Assembly: GCA_963836075.1 (NCBI GenBank)
Contig: CAWIIB010000009.1
Coordinates: 3,264,001 to 3,328,000, forward strand
Length of the DNA: 64,000 nucleotides
DNA from: an uncultured Acidobacteriota bacterium
Lineage (GTDB): Bacteria > Acidobacteriota > JAQAZP01
Direction: 5' to 3'
Position 1 is the first letter of the stretch; each line of letters opens with the position of its first letter. Shown here piece by piece: positions 56,971 through 64,000 of the stretch. The position numbers were made by a program, and so were the translations under genes. The notes below the pieces were generated by a model. The model saw nothing but the letters and a program-made list of their open reading frames with translations. It was not told the DNA's origin and searched no databases.

Positions 56971-58250
56971 TCCCCGGCGGTTTCCTCGCCGGCTGGCGCA
57001 TCCTTCTCACTCACCGTCACTTCGGCCCCGTGCTGCAGGTCGCGGCTGATCATGCGGTAGCTGCCGGTGACCACCTGCTCGCCCTCTTCGAGGCCTTTGA
57101 CGATTTCGATGTGGGTGTCGCTCTGGATCCCGGTCTGTACCTGTCGTGCTTCAACCTTGCCGTCACTGAAGACCCAGACGATCTCCACGAAGCCGTCCTT
57201 GTCCGGTGTCCACGGCTCCTCTTCGATCTCCGCTCCATCTGCGCCTCCGGCCGGCGCCGCGGATTGCAGCTGCTCCGGGGTTCGCACCGCCACACACTGG
57301 ATCGGCACGCCCAGCGCCTCCTCCCGAGTCTCGGTGATGATGTCGCAGGAGCAGGTCATACCCGGACGCAGCTCGGTGACCGGGTCGATCACGGTGATCT
57401 TCACCTCGAACTCGGTCCGCTGGTCGGTGGTGCCCTGGCCGGAGACCTTGGCGCTGTTGGCGATCTCGGTCACCACGCCTTTGGCCTCGTTGTCGGGCAG
57501 GGCGTCCACTTCGATTGTCGACTCGTCGGACAGTGATACGGAGACGATGTCGTTCTCGTCCACGTCCACCAGTGCTTCCATCCCCGAGAGGTTGGAGAGG
57601 ACCATGATCACATCGGACTGGAACTGGGAGCCCACGGCGATTTCACCGATCTCCTTGTTCAGCTTGCTGATGGTTCCGGCCATGGGGGAATAGATCCTGG
57701 TCTTGGAGAGGTCGTCGGTGCTCTGTTTCAACGCCGCCCGCACCTGTTCCACCTGGTTCAGGGCCGACTGGTAGCGCGCCTTGTCCGCCTGGTAGGCCGC
57801 CTCGGCCGCGTCAAGCTGGGCCTGGGTTTCCAGCTGCTGGTCGAAGAGCTCCCGGATCCTGGCCAGGTCCTTCTCCGCCTTGGTCAGGTTCTCCAGGGTG
57901 ACCCTGGAGTTGGACTGGGCCATTCGCAGGTTGGCCTCGCTGCTCTCCACCGCCGCCGAGTGCCGTTCGCGGTCCAGTTCCAGCAGCAACTGGCCCTTTT
58001 CCACCTGTTGACCCTCTTCCACTTCCAGGCGGATGATCTTGCCGCTGACGTCTGCGCTGATGTTGACCTGGGTCTCGGGCTGGATCCGGCCGGTGGCGGT
58101 GACCGTTTCGATGATGGCCATCCGCTCGGCGGGGGCGGTTTCCACCTCCAGACCGGCCTCCTCGGTCTTGAAGAATTTGAGGTAGCTGCCAACACCGGCA
58201 GCTGCGACAATCAGAACGATGGCGATAATGAGCAATCTCTTCCTGGTCAT
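56967..58250 (-). CDS. Periplasmic adaptor (MacA/HlyD family)
   Basis: N-terminal TM; [35 protein letters not shown]. Confidence 0.9.
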   Translation of the reverse strand: MTRKRLLIIAIVLIVAAAGVGSYLKFFKTEEAGLEVETAPAERMAIIETVTATGRIQPETQVNISADVSGKIIRLEVEEGQQVEKGQLLLELDRERHSAAVESSEANLRMAQSNSRVTLENLTKAEKDLARIRELFDQQLETQAQLDAAEAAYQADKARYQSALNQVEQVRAALKQSTDDLSKTRIYSPMAGTISKLNKEIGEIAVGSQFQSDVIMVLSNLSGMEALVDVDENDIVSVSLSDESTIEVDALPDNEAKGVVTEIANSAKVSGQGTTDQRTEFEVKITVIDPVTELRPGMTCSCDIITETREEALGVPIQCVAVRTPEQLQSAAPAGGADGAEIEEEPWTPDKDGFVEIVWVFSDGKVEARQVQTGIQSDTHIEIVKGLEEGEQVVTGSYRMISRDLQHGAEVTVSEKDAPAGEETAGE

Positions 58251-58376
58251 GAAGGCTCCTTTCTGCTAATCCCGTCTCCAGACTATACGGAATTCCGGCA
58301 GGTGCGGTTCGACGCTTATCATCATGAATTTCAGGGGGATGGGGTTGGCCCGGGGCGGGGGAGAGGGGGGGGTGAC

Positions 58377-58406
58377 AAAAAAAGCCGGCCCCCGCTGGAG
58401 GCCGGC
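58377..58406 (-). terminator. Rho-independent terminator
   Basis: GCCGGCC/GGCCGGC stem followed by T7 on the minus strand. Confidence 0.8.
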
Positions 58407-58449
58407 CCCTGGTGGCTCATCTTCGAGCCAGCGATATCGTCAACGGTCG

Positions 58450-58923
58450 TTATTCAGCATAGGCCACGGAAGTGGCGAAAAAGGTGATCTCCAGCTTTGT
58501 TTCGGTCTTTTCACCTTTCTTGCCGTCCACCGGGCTGGCGCAGGTGGCCTCGCCTTCCTTCAGTTCGCCCTTCTCGGCGCAGTAATCCATTTTCTTCGCC
58601 ACGGCGAATCCGGTGAGGGTCACAGCCTTGCCGGCCGCATCGGTGTTGAATTTGTAGGCGTCGTCCTTGGCCCGCACCAGCGCGTTGAGGTCGCCTTCCT
58701 TCCACTCGCCTTCGGAGATCCACATCTTGCAGCCGCTCTTGCAGGCGCCGATGATGGTGCCGGTAACCACGACCTCTTTCTTCTGGAAGGTGTCGATGCC
58801 GGCGGCCAGTTCGGAAAGGGTCAGCGGGTTGTCCGCGGTGCCCTTGTCGGGGCCGGCGGTGGCCACGCCCAGCGAGAGGAAAAGGACCAGGGAAAGGACG
58901 AACAGTTTAGCAGTCAGTTTCAT
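58450..58923 (-). CDS. Secreted OB-fold-like protein (DUF4920-like)
   Basis: Signal peptide; VVVTGTIIGACKSGCKMWI; AAGGAGG RBS. Confidence 0.6.
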   Translation of the reverse strand: MKLTAKLFVLSLVLFLSLGVATAGPDKGTADNPLTLSELAAGIDTFQKKEVVVTGTIIGACKSGCKMWISEGEWKEGDLNALVRAKDDAYKFNTDAAGKAVTLTGFAVAKKMDYCAEKGELKEGEATCASPVDGKKGEKTETKLEITFFATSVAYAE

Positions 58924-59012
58924 TTGCAGAGCCTCCTTTAAAAAAGATCATTAAATTATACCAGAATCAAGCACTTTCTCTCCAGCGCCTGCGGATGGCC
59001 GCCTGCGGCCCT

Positions 59013-59417
59013 TCACCAGCGCACTCTCTTTCGAACCCTGAAATACATATAGATGCCGGTGACCGCCAGCACGGCCAGGGCCCCGCCCAGCAGGTCGTAG
59101 AAGATACGGCCCCAGAAACCGCCGAAAAATTCGCCATTGTGCAGGTCGATCACCACCCACATCACCGGCACGCTGTGGGCCTCCTCGGGGAAGAGGTCGG
59201 CAATGCCCTGGGCCCGGCGGACATCGTCGATCCGCTCCTGATACTTGTCGGGCAGGATGCTGGTGGGGATGCGGCCGTTGCTGAGAAAATCGAAGTCGTG
59301 ATGGTGATTGTAGAGGATGCCGGTGAGCGCAATGATCAGCAGCAGGGTGCTGGTGATCAGGCTTACCAGCTTGAAGTAGCCAAAGGAGAAGATGTGAACC
59401 TTGCGCCAGTACTTCAT
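59013..59417 (-). CDS. Small PepSY-associated TM helix protein
   Basis: WRKVH, LTGILYNH, DLHNG, VTGIYMY. Confidence 0.7.
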   Translation of the reverse strand: MKYWRKVHIFSFGYFKLVSLITSTLLLIIALTGILYNHHHDFDFLSNGRIPTSILPDKYQERIDDVRRAQGIADLFPEEAHSVPVMWVVIDLHNGEFFGGFWGRIFYDLLGGALAVLAVTGIYMYFRVRKRVRW

Positions 59418-59598
59418 TTTCCCAGGAACACCCCGTCTCGGGCCGCCGCCGGCCGGTTAAGCCTCAAGAGGATAGAGGAAACAGAGCCTGCTTGTCAAAG
59501 CATTGAATCCGCGCGTAACAGACCCCCGCGCCGACCGCCAGTCGGCGGCACAGGGGTATTTACGGCAGGTTTTCCGGGGGGATCTAGAAAATTCGGCA

Positions 59599-60120
59599 CT
59601 AGGTCCGGTCAGCCTCTTCGCGGGCCTCGTTGCGGCCGAAGGCGGCGGCCTCCTCCAGCACCTGGTCCAGCTTGCCCTTCATCCGGACAATGACCAGCTC
59701 ATCACTCTCGTTGACCACCACCAGCATCTCGCGAACCTGGCCCTTTTTGCGCTTGAGCAGGATCAGGACGTCCTCGTCACCCTCCTTGAGGTTCATCATC
59801 GGTTCCCAGCTGGCCATGGTGATCTGACCCAGCTCCATCTCGCCCGGATCATCGGGCCGGCTCTCCACCTGGTAGACGCCCACCTGGATTTTGGTCAGCC
59901 CCTTGAGCACTTTCAGCTCCTGGTCGTCCTCGTCCAGGGCCATGCGGGCCACGGCCAGACCGACCCGGCCGAGGGTCAGCCCCACTTCCCGGGTATAGGT
60001 GGTGCCGGTGGACTGGGAGATGTCGCGGCGGATCCCCTCGGGGCCGCGCAGGGTACAGGCCGGCGCCGCCAGCAGAATGACCAGCAGCGCGGCGGGATAA
60101 AGGCGAAGCAGATTTCGCAT
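59599..60120 (-). CDS. Putative lipoprotein, DUF4252-like
   Basis: AAPAC lipobox; WEPMM...EDVLI...ELVIVRMKG. Confidence 0.6.
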   Translation of the reverse strand: MRNLLRLYPAALLVILLAAPACTLRGPEGIRRDISQSTGTTYTREVGLTLGRVGLAVARMALDEDDQELKVLKGLTKIQVGVYQVESRPDDPGEMELGQITMASWEPMMNLKEGDEDVLILLKRKKGQVREMLVVVNESDELVIVRMKGKLDQVLEEAAAFGRNEAREEADRT

Positions 60121-60270
60121 GATGGCTCCTCGGTTTTCGAACGGTCACCAGTGTCCCTTCGAAAGATATAACGCGGCAGGAGCCGGGATGGTTACATGAT
60201 CAAAGCGGTTTTTTACCAGCTGATTCGTGGCGCACTGCCAGTGATGCTCAGGGCGAGGTCAGTCAGCTGT

Positions 60271-61044
60271 TCATTTGGCCTGGATCTCGAGTTTCAGGGT
60301 CACCGGTGAGAAGGCGTTGCTCGGGTTGCTGATCCGCAGAAGATAGCTGCCGGGGGTGCTGATTGTCAGATCGGATTTCACACCGGGCCGCGCAATATTC
60401 GTATCGGAGAAGTCGACCACGCTCCCCGGTTCGAGATGTATTGTTCCATCCCGCCCGATGACCTCGATATCGAACATCGTTCCCACGTCGATCTTGGAAT
60501 TCGTGAAGACATGTCGAATCTTCAGCACTGAATGTACCTTTGCGCTGTGAGTCGGGAGGTCCTGCGTGGCCGAACGGGTCTGCACGTCAGTGGAGGGGAC
60601 CATCACCTCCGGCCCGAGAACGGTCACCGGCGAATCGGGCCTGGCGGGCCAGAAGATCGCCACCAGCAGCAACGCGCATGCCGCTGCCGGCACCATGACC
60701 GGGACCCGGGTCTCCCAGATCCAGGAAAGGCGCTCCAGAAAGGGCTTGGCCGGTGGTCGGCCGACGCGGAAACCGAGAGCCCCGGCCACCTGGAGACGGT
60801 CCTCCTCCCGGGCGGCCAGATAGGCGGCATCCTCGGCCATCGGACTCTCGGCTTCGTCCAGTTGCTCGATCAGCCGGGCGCAGTCCGGGCAACGGCCCAG
60901 GTGGGCCGCCACGGAAGTGGCAGTAGCGGCGGAGAGTTCGTCCTCGCGAAAGGATACCAGTGCTTCAGCCGGCGGGCACTCCAGGTGCTGGTCGAGGACT
61001 TTGCGGCATTCACGGGCTGCTGCGTCGGTCGGGTGTTCGTTCAT
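60271..61044 (-). CDS. Zinc-binding anti-sigma factor (zf-HC2) with TM helix and extracytoplasmic domain
   Basis: HLGRCPDC (HxxxCxxC); TM segment; start overlaps the ECF stop. Confidence 0.8.
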   Translation of the reverse strand: MNEHPTDAAARECRKVLDQHLECPPAEALVSFREDELSAATATSVAAHLGRCPDCARLIEQLDEAESPMAEDAAYLAAREEDRLQVAGALGFRVGRPPAKPFLERLSWIWETRVPVMVPAAACALLLVAIFWPARPDSPVTVLGPEVMVPSTDVQTRSATQDLPTHSAKVHSVLKIRHVFTNSKIDVGTMFDIEVIGRDGTIHLEPGSVVDFSDTNIARPGVKSDLTISTPGSYLLRISNPSNAFSPVTLKLEIQAK

Positions 61045-61595
61045 TGTTTTGCTCTGGAAAAGAACGCATCCAGCTCTTTCTCGCTGGCGGCGTTGTTGTT
61101 CACCAGAATCTCCCTGATCGCTTTTCGTGCCTTTTTGAGGCAATAGCGTACCGTGGTTATTTTTACATCCAGCTGACGGGCGATCTCCTCATCGGTCAGC
61201 TTTTCAAAATAGGCCATCTCGAAAATGCCCCGCTCCGGCTGGGGCAGAGGTACCTTTTGTCCTTCCAGCCGGCTGGACACCAGTTCCTCCTCCTGGCCCG
61301 GGCCGTTGGACAGCCGGTCAGCAGGAATACCATCCAGATCCTGGTATTTCCACCGCATGGTCAGCCGCATCTTATCGATCAGCAGGTTGCGGAACGTGCG
61401 GAAGAGAAAGCGGCTCGCATCGCCGTCGGTTCCGAAGTTCCTGTCTGAACCGAGCAGTTTCACAAACGCCTCCTGTATCGCGTCACGGGCCAGGCTGCGG
61501 TCGCTGAGCGAGCGGAGTGCTATTCGGTGGAGCGTGTTGAAGTGCTCTTCGTAAAGCGACTCCACTCTCTGCTTCCATACAGGATAACGTTCCAT
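61041..61595 (-). CDS. ECF sigma70 factor
   Basis: LARDAIQEAF, RNLLID, LTDEEIARQL, TVRYCLKKAR. Confidence 0.88.
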   Translation of the reverse strand: MERYPVWKQRVESLYEEHFNTLHRIALRSLSDRSLARDAIQEAFVKLLGSDRNFGTDGDASRFLFRTFRNLLIDKMRLTMRWKYQDLDGIPADRLSNGPGQEEELVSSRLEGQKVPLPQPERGIFEMAYFEKLTDEEIARQLDVKITTVRYCLKKARKAIREILVNNNAASEKELDAFFSRAKQ

Positions 61596-61805
61596 GGTCC
61601 GAAATTGGGAAAATCGGGTGAAAGAGCGGGTCACCCGGGGTTGTGTTTTTGAATTCGTCTGAACTGCTGCCTCGAACCGAACTGTGATTTACCCTATCTT
61701 AACAGTTTTCTTTAGCCAATTGAATCAGGGAGCGTCTCGGCGGCCTGGGGCAGGCCGGCGGGTTGTGAGGAGTGGTTGATTCTGCTACCGTTCTGGCCCA
61801 GGATC

Positions 61806-63962
61806 ATGGGAAAACGGATCATCATTGTAACCCTGGCGGCGATTGTGCTCTTCGCGGTTGTTCTGCGTATCGGCCTTCAGCGGGAAGAGCTGTTTTATCC
61901 GGACTCCTGCATCTATCTCTCCATGGCCGAGAACATGAAGCAGGGGGTCTTTTCCCGCTCCCTCTTTCCCGTAGTCGCCCTGCACCAGCCGCTCTATTCG
62001 CTGCTCACCGCGGCCATCTCCCTGACCGGTCCTGCGGTGGAAACGGCAGGCTTGGCGGTGTCGGTGATTTCCGGCCTGGTCCTGGTCCTGGTGCTCTTTT
62101 TTACCGGCCGGCGGTTGGCCGGAGAGGGGGCCGGGCTCAGCGCCGCCCTGCTGGCGGCCAGCGACCCGGCACTGGTGAAATACTCCACCGAACTGCTCAC
62201 CGAATCGTTGTTCCTCTGCCTGTTTTACCTCGTCGTTCTGCTGGTGCTTCGCGCCGGTGACGCCAGGCGCTACCCGCTCGCGGCGGGGTGCGGAGCGCTG
62301 GCGGCTGCGGCCTTCGGCGCCCGTTTCATCGGCCTGGCGGCTTTGCCCGCCGCGTTCTGCTGGGTGGTGCTGCTCTGGTTGCGCAGGAGGCCGGCCGAGA
62401 AGGGGCTGCGGTTCCGCCGGGCCATGGCAGCCGGACTGCTGGTGCTCCTCGGATTCGCGCTGGCCGCTTCGCCGGTGCTGCTGCGCAACCGGGTGGTGCG
62501 GGGGCAGTGGAGCCTCACCGGGTTCGCTGAGAGGGCCGTTTCCCAAGCGGCTGAGACCGGCGGCGAGCAGGGTCGGGGCGGCACGGCTGGCATGTTGCGG
62601 GCCCTGCTGGAGCAGTACCGGGGCATGAGGGCGGACAATGCGGTGGACCTCAGCCTGGGGGGGTATCTGGCCGAATTCTGGCGGGTGTTCCGCGAAACCG
62701 TTCCGCCGGCCTGGCCGCTGCTGGCCCTGGCCGGCGTCGTGGTGCTGGTGTTCACCCGCGGGGTCGCCGGGCTCTTTCCCGCCGGCTACCTGATCAGCTG
62801 GCTGGTGCTCCCCATGGGCATCACCTTCGTGGCCCAGTCGGCGTCGGGCAGCGATGAAATCTCTCGCTACCTGACGCCGGTGCTGCCGGCGCTGCTCCTG
62901 CTGGCGGCCATCGGTCTCGGTGTCCTGGCCGGCTGGGCGGCCGGGTTCTGTAAACGTCAGCGGAGGGTGGCCGGCCTGGTCCGGCTGGCCGCACCGCTGG
63001 GCGCCGGTCTCGTCCTGGCCCTGCTGCTGAACAGCGGCCCGCTGAAGGCGATGGCCGCCGAACGCGAAACTCAGGCCGACAGCACGTCATGGGTCACCGG
63101 CGCCCGGGAGGTGTCCGAATTCATCAGGGAATGGGCCGCCGGCGCGGACATGGGCAAACCTACGCTGACGGACCGCAAACCGTTCGTGGCCTATTTCTCC
63201 GGGTGCTGGTGGCGTCCCCTGAGCGACAGCCGACCCAGACGCCTGCTGCTCAACTGCTACCGCACGAAAACCGACCTGGTGGTGGTGGACAGCGTTGCCG
63301 TGGCCCTCTACCTGCCACAACTGGCCCCGCTGGTCTGCGGTGACCATGTCCCGCCCGGATTCCGGCTGATCTACCACCGGGTTTGGCCCGAGCAGGAGCG
63401 GGCGGTGGCCGTATACCAGGTGCTGCGCAGCCACCGGGAGGGTCGCGAGGGGATGGAACGGCGGGATGGGCTGGCCCAGCTGCCCGACGATACCGCCCGG
63501 CAGCACGCTCTCACCGGCCGCCGGCTCTACGCCGAAGGGCAAGTCCACCTGGCCGGTCTGCACCTCCAGCGGGCAGTGGAGCTGCAACCCGATTTTGCCG
63601 AGGCCTGGTATCAACTGGGGGCGGTCTATTTCCTGAAAAGTCTGTACTTGCTGCCGGAACAGCGGCACCTCGGGGTGTTCCACAAGGCGATCCGCTGTTA
63701 CGGTGAGGCGGCCAGACTCTCACCCCGGCTGGCCACCATGGCCCGCAAGGAGGTGGCCACTTTGGAGCGCAACCTGCCCCCGGGGCCTCTCTCCCAGGTC
63801 TATACGAGACTGGGCCGGCTGTATCTGCGGCTGGACCAGGTGCGGGAGGCCCGTTCCGCCTTCAACCACGCCCTCTCCATCGACCCGCAGAACCAGGGGG
63901 CCCGGGACGAGCTCCGCTCGCTCACCGAGGCCGGTTCCGTGGAGCTGCCCGGGCAAACCTGA
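61806..63962 (+). CDS. GT-C (ArnT/PMT-like) membrane glycosyltransferase fused to C-terminal TPRs
   Basis: PDSCIY, QPLYS, LTESLF, RYLTP; TPRs (AVELQPDFAEAWYQLG, ALSIDPQN). Confidence 0.78.
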   Translation: MGKRIIIVTLAAIVLFAVVLRIGLQREELFYPDSCIYLSMAENMKQGVFSRSLFPVVALHQPLYSLLTAAISLTGPAVETAGLAVSVISGLVLVLVLFFTGRRLAGEGAGLSAALLAASDPALVKYSTELLTESLFLCLFYLVVLLVLRAGDARRYPLAAGCGALAAAAFGARFIGLAALPAAFCWVVLLWLRRRPAEKGLRFRRAMAAGLLVLLGFALAASPVLLRNRVVRGQWSLTGFAERAVSQAAETGGEQGRGGTAGMLRALLEQYRGMRADNAVDLSLGGYLAEFWRVFRETVPPAWPLLALAGVVVLVFTRGVAGLFPAGYLISWLVLPMGITFVAQSASGSDEISRYLTPVLPALLLLAAIGLGVLAGWAAGFCKRQRRVAGLVRLAAPLGAGLVLALLLNSGPLKAMAAERETQADSTSWVTGAREVSEFIREWAAGADMGKPTLTDRKPFVAYFSGCWWRPLSDSRPRRLLLNCYRTKTDLVVVDSVAVALYLPQLAPLVCGDHVPPGFRLIYHRVWPEQERAVAVYQVLRSHREGREGMERRDGLAQLPDDTARQHALTGRRLYAEGQVHLAGLHLQRAVELQPDFAEAWYQLGAVYFLKSLYLLPEQRHLGVFHKAIRCYGEAARLSPRLATMARKEVATLERNLPPGPLSQVYTRLGRLYLRLDQVREARSAFNHALSIDPQNQGARDELRSLTEAGSVELPGQT

Positions 63963-64000
63963 TATACTTTCCGTTCCATCGGTCTGATCTGTCCCAGGCT

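Overview
GC-rich bacterial chromosomal segment. Gene content and order (cdaR-glmM, hflKC, nnr-tsaE, M23-secA-guaB, monomeric icd, many sulfatase-like and GT-C proteins) suggest an Acidobacteriota- or Desulfobacterota-like organism; this is an inference. It holds about 50 CDS and three tRNAs (Ala-CGC, Val-TAC, Asp-GTC). No CRISPR array, integrase or transposase was seen. Single-base frameshifts in hflC, guaB, secA, a hypothetical gene and two ABC permeases most likely reflect assembly errors. The most striking element is a ~2.4 kb accessory region (11950-14380) at the 3' side of tRNA-Ala, carrying two paralogous minus-strand cassettes. Each cassette has a palindromic enhancer-like site exactly 120 bp from a sigma54 (-24/-12) promoter, then a ~130-nt structured RNA with covarying stems that contains an SD-preceded micro-ORF starting MHNTIDRYP. 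An AT-rich tract and a hypothetical + ribbon-helix-helix gene pair lie next to them.
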